Of a stretch of DNA of 64,000 nt, positions 53,702 through 63,224 are shown piece by piece. The stretch comes from an uncultured cyanobacterium (GTDB lineage: Bacteria > Cyanobacteriota > Cyanobacteriia > Cyanobacteriales > CAWUOF01), in contig CAVUSO010000001.1 in the NCBI GenBank assembly GCA_963744145.1, positions 7,072,001-7,136,000 on the forward strand, written 5' to 3'. Below the pieces are notes generated by a model. The model saw only the letters and a list, made by a program, of their open reading frames with translations. It was not told where the DNA came from and made no database searches. Positions within the stretch are counted from its first letter, which is position 1. Every line of letters begins with the position of its first letter. The position numbers were made by a program, and so were the translations under genes.

Positions 53702-55304
53702 TTATTTTTCTTTTTTAACAGGTTCTTTTTCAGGACTGGTTTGGAGTGTAATCGGGATTCCTGGTTTTAAAACTGAATCCGGAGAGGGTATTAAAACCTG
53801 ATCTTCTGCTTGCAAACCCTTAGACACTTCTACTGTTGTTAATCCTTCTAATCCCAAAGTAATCGGCTTTTTTTGGGCTTTACCTTCAGCATCTCTTACC
53901 CACACATAAGATGATTTTCCATCTCGCTGAATCGCCTCCGGTTCCTAATACTACTACGTTTTCTCGTCGCGCCAAAACGATTTCTACACTTACCTGACTA
54001 CCAGGTATTAGCTTTCCACTTGGTTCATCTAGTTGTACTGTTGCTGGTACTCCAACTTGACCCCCGGATGAACCGGATGAACCGGATGAACCTTTTGAAG
54101 CATCAGGACCGATCGCTTGGAGAGATATTTTTTTTACCCGTCCGCTAAATTTTTGTTCCTCTGGACCGATTACACTAATTCGGGCTGTTTGGTTCAATTT
54201 AACTTTGGCAGCATTAAGAGTAGAAAGACTAATTTTCACTAATTCTTGAGAGCGATCGCCTACCGTAATTAATTCAGCACCTCGTCCTACTCCATCACCA
54301 TTATTGCACTTAATATTCAAAACTATGCCGTTAATTGGAGAAGTGATAATATTATTTTCCAGTTCCTTTTCCAAAGTTTGTTTTTTAGTTTCAAGTCCTT
54401 GCATGTCTAGGTTACTAGATTGAGCGTCTACTTCAGCATTACGTAAAGTCGATACTGCTGTTGCTAAGTTAGATTGAAAATCTTTTAGAGCAGATTGAAG
54501 CGATTGAATGTCTTCGATGTTTTTTTGCTGATTTTGTTCTCTGGTTATCTGAGCTTGTTGCAGTGAAATCTTACTAGTATTGACTGCTAATTGAGCATCT
54601 CGGAGATTAGATTGAGCAGTACGAACATCGCTTTTTTTGGTATCTAGCTCATCTTCGGAAATAAAACCTCTTTGAAAAAGTTTCTCAGACACCTGAAGTT
54701 TTCGCTGTGCTGTAGCTAAATTGGCTTCGTTTTCAGGTAATTTTTGGATAGACTTTTCCAGGTCGATTTGTTTTTGCTGAATTTCTAATTGATTGTCGTT
54801 GCGTAATTGTTTTTGAATAGTCCGTTTGATCTCAAGTTCTTTGGATTGTAATTTTTGTTTACTTAGCGCCAAATTTTCTTCCGCTTCAGCGACTTTTTGT
54901 CGATTGCGGTTTACCGTGATCACCTGTTTGTTAATTGCAGATTGGATGTCTAGCTCCTTAGTTTTTCCATCTGGATTACGAAGCATAATTAGGGATTGTC
55001 CTGCTTGAACGCGATCGCCAATTTGGACAAGTACCTGATCTACAGTAACATCTCCTGGGGAATTCAGACTTTGTTGTGCTTGCAGTTCTACCACACCACT
55101 TTCATTAATGCTAATTTCCACGTTATCTTTTTTAGCTGTAGTCGCGAGGACTGAAATTGGTGCTAAGGTCGGATTAAGCAGTTTTTGCACTACAAAAAAC
55201 CAACCACCCACAGTAATTATAGCTAGTATGCCTGACCAGACTAACCATTTGAGCCCAATCTGAAATTCTTTTTTCCCCAATTTTCCGATCAAGCTCATTA
55301 CCAT
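53702..55304 (-). CDS. Efflux periplasmic adaptor (MacA/HlyD-like); frameshift at about 53940
   Basis: N-terminal TM, lipoyl halves VLVQIGDRVQAGQ / ITSPINGIVL, long coiled coil; C-terminus continues in another frame as EAIQRDGKSSYVWVRD...ITLGLEGLTTVEVSKGL. Confidence 0.85.
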
Positions 55305-55374
55305 GATTTGCTTTTCGATGATGGTTGTTATCTAAAATCCGAACCAGCTAGCTTGCACAGATTCGGGACTTTAT

Positions 55375-57420
55375 TTAAAGCCGATAAACCCGATCGCACC
55401 CCCGAATTGTACTCTGGCGGTGAGCAACCACAATCCGCGTTATCCCTAATTTTTCCAAGCTTTGAGTCACGACCTCCTGAGTTTGATTATCCAAAGCCGA
55501 AGTAGCCTCATCAAAAATCAGGATACGTGGTTGACGAACTAAAGACCGAGCGATTAATAGCCGCTGTCGCTGTCCGCCGGAAAAATCCCCTCCTCCCTCT
55601 GATACTCTGGTGTGCATCTGCATCGGCATTTCCTGAATATCCCGATCCAATCCTGCCATTTTCGCTGCTTCCCAAGCTTGGTCGAGAGTGATCGGTATTC
55701 CTCCTGCAATTACATTCCAGATTGAACCTCCCATCAACCGACTATTCTGTAACACTACTCCTAACTGACTGCGTACCTTTGATATATCCAATGTCGCTAA
55801 ATCTCGTCCATTATACATTACAGCCCCTTGCGCTGGTCTTTCAAATCCCAACAATAACCGCACAATGGTCGATTTACCACTACCACTAGGTCCAATAATC
55901 CCGATCAACTCTCCTGGTTTCACCTCTAAAGTCAAGTCGGATAATACCCAAGGTTGATTCTGACCGTAACGAAACCAGACCCGCTCCAGTTTTACCTCTC
56001 CAGACAACTCTCCCGGATCAGCTCCTTGGTTAGTGGTTTCTGGAACTGCGTGCAATATTGGTTTTACTCGCTCCCATAACACCGAAATTTCCAACACGCT
56101 CACTACTGTCCTGCTCAGACTAGTAGCTCCACCCACAAATGTGCCAAATGCGGCGTTAAATGCTAAAAACTGTCCTGCTGATAAACCTCCATCTCCTGGA
56201 TTTTTGCCCAGAGTAGCCACAGCGAAAGAATATAAGGCGATCGCTGTCACGACCGGTACGATCGTATTAAACAGGGTCATAAAATCCTCTACCTGTTGAG
56301 TAGATAGGGTCAGCTTCATCTTTTGGCTATACTTCTTAGCCCATTTGCTAAGAGCCCTGTCTTCCGCAGCAGCAACCCGCAACTTAGATATTCCATCTAA
56401 AGTTTGCACCATCAATCCCACAATTTCACCGCTCAATTCTTGTAAGGGTAGGAACTTTTGCCGAGTAATGATGCCGACTATGACAGTGATCACACTGGTG
56501 ATTACCACCACCACAATTGCAACCATTGTCAAGGGAATGCTGTAGTAAAGCAATAAACCCAGATTCAACAGCGAGAAAAAGCTACTCAGCAAGGTGGTCA
56601 TTAAGGTGCTGTTGAGGCGATCGTGAATTTGAGAAATTGCCGATACTCGATTTTGAATATCTCCTGTGTTGTATTGGCGAAAAAATGATGTCTGGAGTCG
56701 CAATAATCTATGCCAAACTGCTGCTTGGATGTCCGCGCTCATCGCAGTTTGCCAGCGCATAGTCAGAATGCTTCTAGTCAGTTGCAGTACGGTCATAGCA
56801 AAGCTTGCTGCTAACAAACCGATCCCGATTTGTAATAATAGTCCGCGATCGCCATTGGGAATAATATAGTCAACCAGTAATGCTGTAGCCTGGGGAACTA
56901 CCATTCCCGCCAAGGAGACTAAAACTCCAAATAAGATGGTCTTGATTATGTCGCCATAACGACCCTGAAACACAAATTGGAGCAGATTTAGAGGAGAAAG
57001 CGATCGATCGGGAAACGGTCGATAAAAGGTATAGGCTTGATGGGATAGATGTTTGGCTGTAGCAAAGCCAACGGTCATGCGCTGGAAATTTACGGGGTCA
57101 AAGATTTCATATCCTCGACCATTCTTAGGTAGCAAAGCTACTGGGCGTTGTTCTGTTTCTGTAGCGATAAATCCGAGCAATGGTCCGTAATCTTGCTGCC
57201 ACCAAATATCATCTAAGGTAATCCGTCGGACTCGAAACCCAGAATTCTGAGCTATTGTCTCTACAGAATTTACTTGGCTTTTATTATTTTTGGGAGGAAT
57301 AATAGGGATGTCTAATACTTTACCCACTGCTCCCATAGCTATTAATAGGGGTTCTGTGGCGGAGTTAGCCTCGAACGCTGGATTGAGAATAGACGCTAGT
57401 TCTCTTAATGCTTCCTTCAT
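55375..57420 (-). CDS. NHLP/bacteriocin-system ABC transporter, permease/ATPase subunit lacking peptidase
   Basis: GFRVRRITL...WWQQDYGPLLGF, AYTFYRPFP, GISKLRVAAAE.RA, GPSGSGKST, FSGGQRQR. Confidence 0.88.
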   Translation of the reverse strand: MKEALRELASILNPAFEANSATEPLLIAMGAVGKVLDIPIIPPKNNKSQVNSVETIAQNSGFRVRRITLDDIWWQQDYGPLLGFIATETEQRPVALLPKNGRGYEIFDPVNFQRMTVGFATAKHLSHQAYTFYRPFPDRSLSPLNLLQFVFQGRYGDIIKTILFGVLVSLAGMVVPQATALLVDYIIPNGDRGLLLQIGIGLLAASFAMTVLQLTRSILTMRWQTAMSADIQAAVWHRLLRLQTSFFRQYNTGDIQNRVSAISQIHDRLNSTLMTTLLSSFFSLLNLGLLLYYSIPLTMVAIVVVVITSVITVIVGIITRQKFLPLQELSGEIVGLMVQTLDGISKLRVAAAEDRALSKWAKKYSQKMKLTLSTQQVEDFMTLFNTIVPVVTAIALYSFAVATLGKNPGDGGLSAGQFLAFNAAFGTFVGGATSLSRTVVSVLEISVLWERVKPILHAVPETTNQGADPGELSGEVKLERVWFRYGQNQPWVLSDLTLEVKPGELIGIIGPSGSGKSTIVRLLLGFERPAQGAVMYNGRDLATLDISKVRSQLGVVLQNSRLMGGSIWNVIAGGIPITLDQAWEAAKMAGLDRDIQEMPMQMHTRVSEGGGDFSGGQRQRLLIARSLVRQPRILIFDEATSALDNQTQEVVTQSLEKLGITRIVVAHRQSTIRGCDRVYRL

Positions 57421-57458
57421 TGCCCCTGATCTCTATGGAATTTAGGTAAGATGGCACA

Positions 57459-58394
57459 TCAGGGTGACGAATTCTGATGGGGAGTAAATCTCGCCAAAAG
57501 TTCAGTCTGAGATAATTGCCAGAGTAAGGGAACTAACTCATCTGTTGATAACTCAATCATTGGTTCAATGATCTGAGCAAGTTCTGGTTCTAAAGAGCCA
57601 AACCGAATCCGCAGCAAATTTTCTACGAATAAGCGTCGTTCCTGCAAACGTCCTTCCAGTCGTCCTTCTTGTCGTCCTTCCAGTCGTCCTTCTTGCAAAG
57701 TAGCTTGCCGCCATTCCACATAAGCTGGTGATAAATTCATCATTAACTCCCTGTCTTCTTCACTAATATTTTGTATGCTTTCTATGTTAATCCGCCACAT
57801 CGAAATCTGTTCTAAGGTTTTCATCCGAAAGGGATGTTCTACTGCTAGTGCTAAAAGTTCATTGATTGCTTGTTGTTGAGTTGCGCCTTTTCCTAAAATT
57901 CTCACCCACAATGTTTCTGGTGTTGTCGGTAATTGGTTGATGGCGACAATTGCTGTTTTGAAGATATCGGCGAGAAAATAGATGCCTTTTGGCCATTTCT
58001 CTCTGGCTGGTTCCGCTCTGGCTGTTGCGATTAATCCTGCCGAAACTGATGGTGTTAACACCCACAGTGAGGCGAGGTTTTCTTCTTCAAGTTGTTGACG
58101 ATCGCGCCTAGATTGGCGCTGTTGTTCTGTCTGTACAGCAATTAGTTTTAGTATACAGGTACGCAGCTCGGTTGGAGTAGGTTGATTCCGAAATGCTTCT
58201 AATAAACAAGTCCGCTCTACCATCTGTCCTAATAATCCTAGCTGATGGGGATTTGCGGTTGGTGCTGGCGCAAAAAATACATCTACTTGGCGGATTTCTG
58301 GGCTGACTTCTCGACTAATTTCTACTGTTCCTAATGGTTCTAGTAGTCCGGCTAAATATTGTTTCGCAAATTGATCGTGTGGTTGTCTGGTCAT
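57459..58394 (-). CDS. Rpn-like PD-(D/E)XK family protein (DUF4351-like C-terminus) inserted in the transporter operon
   Basis: HDQFAKQYLAGLL, QVDVFFAP, LLEAFRN, LPTTPETLWVRILGKG, EGRLEGRQEGRLEGRL repeats. Confidence 0.75.
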   Translation of the reverse strand: MTRQPHDQFAKQYLAGLLEPLGTVEISREVSPEIRQVDVFFAPAPTANPHQLGLLGQMVERTCLLEAFRNQPTPTELRTCILKLIAVQTEQQRQSRRDRQQLEEENLASLWVLTPSVSAGLIATARAEPAREKWPKGIYFLADIFKTAIVAINQLPTTPETLWVRILGKGATQQQAINELLALAVEHPFRMKTLEQISMWRINIESIQNISEEDRELMMNLSPAYVEWRQATLQEGRLEGRQEGRLEGRLQERRLFVENLLRIRFGSLEPELAQIIEPMIELSTDELVPLLWQLSQTELLARFTPHQNSSP

Positions 58395-58582
58395 CCGTCT
58401 AATCTGATTGTTTCCTGACTCTCATTTTATCAATATTTTCGCGATCGCTCACACCACCTTGTTTTCCAAATATAGAAGATTGAATAGCGAGTCATTCTTG
58501 CTCCCCTTTCCTTTTAGGAGAGGGGTTGGGGGAGAGGTATTCTGCTAGCATGAAACAGCCTTGGGATCTAGAAATACTTCCT

Positions 58583-60781
58583 TCATTCTGCTAACTCATC
58601 CATTTTTGCCTCAGCACCCAGTAATTCTTGATAAACTCCCTCAACGGCGCATAATTGTTCATGAGTTCCTCGCTGTACCACTCGTCCGCGATCGAACACA
58701 ATAATTTCATCACAATCAACGATTGTACTTAATCGATGAGCGACTACAATACAAGTACATTGACGTTGGCGCAGATTTGCTACTAGCTGTCTCTCGGTGT
58801 CGGGATCTAATGCACTTGTAGCCTCATCCATAACTAAAATCGTGGGATTATTCACCAATGCACGGGCAATTTCTAAACGCTGACGCTGACCGCCACTGAG
58901 GTTGGCGCTGTGTTCTAATAGTTTAGCATCATATCCACCCAATACCTCCATCACTACATCATGGATCAGTGCATCTTTACAAGCTTTAATTAATTTTTCC
59001 TCTGGCACATTAGCATCCCAAAGGGTGAGATTATCTCGCACTGTTCCCTCAAACTGTAATATCTCTTGTTCCACAAAAGACAGCGATCGCGCCAGCATTA
59101 ATCGCGGAATTTGAGATCGGGGAATACCATCAAACAAGATCTCACCTTGCCAAGGTTGATCCAAACCACAAATCAATTTAGCGATCGTTGATTTCCCTGA
59201 ACCAGTTGCTCCTACCAGTGCTTTTCTTTGTCCTGGTTCTAAAGATAAACTAAAATCTTTAATTAGTGGCGGATTAACTGGAGAATAACCAAAGGTAATA
59301 TTTTTAATATCTACTCGACCTGTAAGTTGGACAAGGGTTTGGCTTGCTGTTGATTTCCTTGGCTCTAATTCGACATCGATGGAATTATCCAAAACGTCAT
59401 CTAAACGGGTTAAGTCTCCCTTTAGCTCCTGCAACAGGTTAGCAAACTGGACTAAAGTATTTACAGGTGCTTGAAACTGCCTCATTAAGACTTGAAAGGC
59501 GAATAACATACCGATTGTTAATCCACCTGACATCACTCGCCACCCACCAACTATTAAGATCATGGTGGTTGTGAGTGCGGTTAACAATGTTGGTACTATC
59601 CCTAGGATTTGGTTGTAAACATCAAGTTCCTGTTGGATGTTAGTCGTATTGGCGTAGGAACCAGACCAGACTGTGAAGAATTCTGACTCTAAACCAGATG
59701 CTTTTATAGTTTCAATGCTTTGAATTGCAGAGATGCCAACTCCGGTCATTCTCCCTTGTTCTTGGAGTAAACGCATCTGTGCATCTACTCTTTTTTGTGA
59801 CATCCATTTTAATACGAGGATATTCGCGATCGCCGAGCTAATACCTATCAACGTTAAGAGCGAGTCATATTCTAACATGATCGCCCCATAAAATACTACC
59901 ATCACTGCATCAATTGCGGTTGTTGCTAATTGCCCCGACAGAATTTCGGCAACTCTAGTATTAATATCAACCCGATTAGCAATTTCCCCTGCATATCGTT
60001 GGGCGTAAAATCGGACAGGTAATTTGAGAACATGATCATAAAAGCGGGCTGACATGACTACGGCTAACTTCACTTTTAGTTGGCGTAACAATCGTAGTCG
60101 TAACAGATTTAGGATACTCTGCAATAGGGTAGCAAAAGACATAGCTAAAAGTAACCCTGGTAACCAGTTGGTATGACTTTCTACCAGGATGCGATCGACA
60201 AATATTTGACTGAATACCGGAAGTGCTAATCCCGGCACAACCAGCAGAAAACCTGCGATGATTAAATACAATACTTCCCCAACCGAACCACGTAACCGAT
60301 CTATTAGGGATAAAAATACATTGGGTTGGCGTCCGCCAGGAATGAATTCTGGACTAGGTTCTATTTCTAAGATGATCCCAGTAAAACTGCGAGCAAATGC
60401 TTTCCAGGAAATCTGTCGCCTGCCGCCCGCCGGATCGTTGAGAAATACCCGAGTGCGATTGTACCCCTCTACTACTAAAAAGTGATTGAAATTCCAATAA
60501 GCAATGCAGGGGAATGTGACTTCGGGGAGTTCTTCTAGTTCGATCGTATAGCCATTAGCGATCATCCCATAGCGTCTCGCTGCTAACACCAGATTAGCAG
60601 CATGAGAGCCATCACGAGATACACCGCATTCAATCCGCAGTTCGGCTAGTGGAACTATGCGACCGTAGTAGGCGAGAATGATCCCAAGAGAGGCTGCGCC
60701 ACATTCGGTCGCTTCCATTTGGATCACGATCGGAGTTTTAACTCGCCAGTTGTTTGATGGCAAAAATTCTGGCAATAGCAT
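58583..60781 (-). CDS. NHLP-family bacteriocin export ABC transporter, C39 peptidase/permease/ATPase
   Basis: VKTPIVIQMEATECGAASL (catalytic Cys), WNFNHFLVVEG..LNDPA.G (His/Asp), GATGSGKST, LSGGQRQRLEIARAL. Confidence 0.93.
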   Translation of the reverse strand: MLLPEFLPSNNWRVKTPIVIQMEATECGAASLGIILAYYGRIVPLAELRIECGVSRDGSHAANLVLAARRYGMIANGYTIELEELPEVTFPCIAYWNFNHFLVVEGYNRTRVFLNDPAGGRRQISWKAFARSFTGIILEIEPSPEFIPGGRQPNVFLSLIDRLRGSVGEVLYLIIAGFLLVVPGLALPVFSQIFVDRILVESHTNWLPGLLLAMSFATLLQSILNLLRLRLLRQLKVKLAVVMSARFYDHVLKLPVRFYAQRYAGEIANRVDINTRVAEILSGQLATTAIDAVMVVFYGAIMLEYDSLLTLIGISSAIANILVLKWMSQKRVDAQMRLLQEQGRMTGVGISAIQSIETIKASGLESEFFTVWSGSYANTTNIQQELDVYNQILGIVPTLLTALTTTMILIVGGWRVMSGGLTIGMLFAFQVLMRQFQAPVNTLVQFANLLQELKGDLTRLDDVLDNSIDVELEPRKSTASQTLVQLTGRVDIKNITFGYSPVNPPLIKDFSLSLEPGQRKALVGATGSGKSTIAKLICGLDQPWQGEILFDGIPRSQIPRLMLARSLSFVEQEILQFEGTVRDNLTLWDANVPEEKLIKACKDALIHDVVMEVLGGYDAKLLEHSANLSGGQRQRLEIARALVNNPTILVMDEATSALDPDTERQLVANLRQRQCTCIVVAHRLSTIVDCDEIIVFDRGRVVQRGTHEQLCAVEGVYQELLGAEAKMDELAE

Positions 60782-61162
60782 TTAGCAACTTGTAACTTAA
60801 TTTTTCTTTAGACTTCTTGCAAAAATAACTAGGACAGGCAAGATGCCTGTCCCACATGATGGCAAAAATTCTGGCAATAGCATTTAGCAACTTGTAACTT
60901 AATTTTTCTTTAGACTTCTTGCAAAAATAACTAGGACAGGCAAGATGCCTGTCCCACATGATGGCAAAAATTCTGGCAATGGCATTTAGCAACTTGTAAC
61001 TTAATTTTTCTTTAGACTTCTTGCAAAAATAACTAGGACAGGCAAGATGCCTGTCCCACATGATGGCAAAAATTCTGGCAATGGCATTTAGCAACTTGTA
61101 ACTTAATTTTTCTTTAGACTTCTTGCAAAAATAACTAGGACAGGCAAGATGCCTGTCCCACA
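60755..61162. repeat. 102-bp tandem repeat x4 covering the start codon of the C39 transporter and half of a MITE/REP element
   Basis: Units start at 60755, 60857, 60959, 61061; identical except one SNP (AATAGCA in copies 1-2, AATGGCA in copies 3-4). Confidence 0.95.
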
Positions 61163-61236
61163 AGAGTTTTTTTGGTTGTGGGACAGGCATCTTGCCTGTC
61201 CAGTAAATTGATCAACATGACTTTTGCAAGAGGTCT
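61116..61236. mobile_element. MITE-like element of about 121 bp with terminal inverted repeats and internal REP pair
   Basis: AGACTTCTTGCAAAA ... TTTTGCAAGAGGTCT termini; internal GGACAGGCAAGATGCCTGTCCCACA / TGTGGGACAGGCATCTTGCCTGTCC. Confidence 0.7.
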
Positions 61237-61238
61237 TT

Positions 61239-61914
61239 TCATTTGTAGATTGGCAACACAAAGGATAGGGGCGGACGCTCTTCGACGGTGACTGTTGCTG
61301 TTATTGTAGTTCCAGCGATCAGATGTAAATCCGGTCCGTTAGAAGCCGTCCATTTCAAACCCGAAGGATTATTGGAATCGGTTTGCAGTTGAGCAATAAC
61401 TTCTATTTTCTCGACCTCCTCACCCACAATCTTCTGGGCTATTCTTGAATTTCCGATTACCTTCGTGGCACTTTCTACGGTGGTGGGATTCTGGGAAACA
61501 TCAATAATTTTGCCTAGAATTGAGCCAAATTTCTCCCGCTTAACAATATCTGGTGTGATCTGAATTTTCATTCCCGGTTTAACTCGCAGACTGTCTGACA
61601 GATCCAGAAAAGCTACTGCGGTCAGAGTTGCGGTTTTGCTCTTGCCGATCGGATGCACTAATACAGCCTCGACCGGAAACAGTAATGGGAATTTTGCCAA
61701 AAATCCCCCAAAGAAGGCTGAAGATTACCATTGTGCCAAATCCTGCCAAGGTCAGCCAATCCATCGGACGCAATAAGCGCATCGCCCGATCGAGTTGCTC
61801 TGTGGAATATAAATAGTCTACGGCTTCTTGACGGAATATCTGTCTGGGTAATTCCTCTGGAGCAGTGGGAGCATCTGACGGGTTTTCGTTTCTCTGTTGA
61901 GTTTCTTCGGTCAT
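61239..61914 (-). CDS. NHLP bacteriocin-system secretion protein (HlyD-like), short form of about 225 aa; frameshift near 61665
   Basis: IFRQEAVDYLYSTEQLDRAMRLLRP.DWL...WGIFGKIPITVSGRG joins VLVHP...VKPGMKIQITPDIVKREKFGSILGKI...GLKWTASNGP...VTVEERPPLSFVLP. Confidence 0.85.
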
Positions 61915-61931
61915 AGAACTCTAAATTTTAT

Positions 61932-62867
61932 TTATGCTGGATAACTCAAATCCCCCTGACGAATGCGCTCAATGAAATATTTTGGCATGGTTCCCACCCA
62001 CTTTTCTTTGATCACTCCATTTTCTAATAGCACGGCTGTAGGTATGATATTGATTCCTAACTTTTCTTGTTGCTTTTGTTCGATTGGTACTATGGGATAG
62101 TTTAATTCATTATTGTCGATAAACTCTTGCCCTTCTGCTATTGATGTTAAGGCGATCGCGCCGATCACTTCTGGTAAGTCCTCTCGATAGTGAACCACAT
62201 TAAGAACATTCAACCAGTTCTTACAAGCTGGGCATTTCATCCCTAAAAATACTATTAGTTTGGAACCAGACATAAATAATGTTGGATCAAACTCATCCCC
62301 TAACCATTCTGGTCGCCAAGTGCGGTTGGCTTTCACTGGGGTTAAATCGATATAGGGACGACTGTTCTGCCCATAATATTCTAGGGAACCAGAAGCTAAA
62401 GCACCGCTAGTAACTAGGGTGGCTAATACTACTAGCCACTGCCACAATACTGTAGGCTGGTTGTTCTCAAGGAAGGTAGCAAATACTAATAGAGCAATAT
62501 AGACCAAATTGAGGATGATACTTTGATTGGGTGTCACATTTAGCCAACCGTTATAACATCCACAGTCCTCTGTGCGTCCCGTCGAAGTGCTCCAGTAGGT
62601 GAGAAACGTAAGGATAATTAATAACAGGATGGTCAGAGGAATTATTCCTGATGGTAGCACTCCTAAAATTAGAGCCACTCCTAATGCACATTCGAGCGCC
62701 GTAAATGTTAATGCTGCCGCTCGAATTGACGGAAATTTCTGCAATAGCTTGAGTTTGGAAATGTGTTCAACAAATTTCCAAGGTTCGATGACTTTGGCTA
62801 CACCAGTCAATAATAAAATGCTCCCTACCAGGAGCGACGGAATTACAGTATATGTGTCTGTAAACAT
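61932..62867 (-). CDS. MauE/DoxX-family membrane redox protein fused to a thioredoxin-fold (CxxC) domain
   Basis: LLLTGVAKV, ECALGVAL, EDCGCY (MauE-type CGC loop), about 5 TM segments; then KCPACK and GINIIPTAVLLENG.IKEKWVG (cis-Pro loop). Confidence 0.8.
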   Translation of the reverse strand: MFTDTYTVIPSLLVGSILLLTGVAKVIEPWKFVEHISKLKLLQKFPSIRAAALTFTALECALGVALILGVLPSGIIPLTILLLIILTFLTYWSTSTGRTEDCGCYNGWLNVTPNQSIILNLVYIALLVFATFLENNQPTVLWQWLVVLATLVTSGALASGSLEYYGQNSRPYIDLTPVKANRTWRPEWLGDEFDPTLFMSGSKLIVFLGMKCPACKNWLNVLNVVHYREDLPEVIGAIALTSIAEGQEFIDNNELNYPIVPIEQKQQEKLGINIIPTAVLLENGVIKEKWVGTMPKYFIERIRQGDLSYPA

Positions 62868-63050
62868 TTGCTGAAAAATTTATTTTGGCTAATTGTTTTA
62901 GTCCTAAATTTATGGCGGTTTTTTTAAACCATTATTCCTAATTATTAGCTTTTTTGCGATTCTCCGCGTGATTATTGTCTCTATCTGCCGATTTTTTGCC
63001 TAATTTATCTATTTTAGATGGCATTTTTTTTGATTTGTTAAAAACAATAG

Positions 63051-63085
63051 AGGGAGAAACAGGCATCTTGGGTCTGCTTCTCCCT
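63051..63085 (-). terminator. Hairpin between precursor locus and MauE-Trx gene
   Basis: Minus strand AGGGAGAAGCAG-N11-CTGTTTCTCCCT followed by CTATTGTTTTT. Confidence 0.6.
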
Positions 63086-63224
63086 GTTGTCACACACCAT
63101 TAAACAGGTAATGAAATCCTCGAGGATTTCGAGGGTTACAACCGCAACCAAGGAAAGGGTAGCGGTTAGAGAGTTAGGTTAGTGGTGTTTAACAACCGCA
63201 ACCAGGGGTATCAAGAAATCAGGG

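Noticed and set aside
60755..61162. Possible CRISPR array (palindromic repeat recurring at regular spacing)
   Set aside because: The sequence between palindromes is identical in all units, so there are no unique spacers, and no cas genes are present; it is a tandem duplication.
60738..61190. 150-aa ORF with four repeated Cys-containing units (WDRHLACPSYFCKK...) as a multi-core RiPP precursor
   Set aside because: It arises from the 102-bp DNA repeat made of a REP/MITE arm plus the transporter start in another frame; it has no leader motif and overlaps the transporter gene.
63219..63221. Selenocysteine read-through at the in-frame TGA after the precursor
   Set aside because: A TAA precedes it and two more TAA follow; no SECIS-like evidence.
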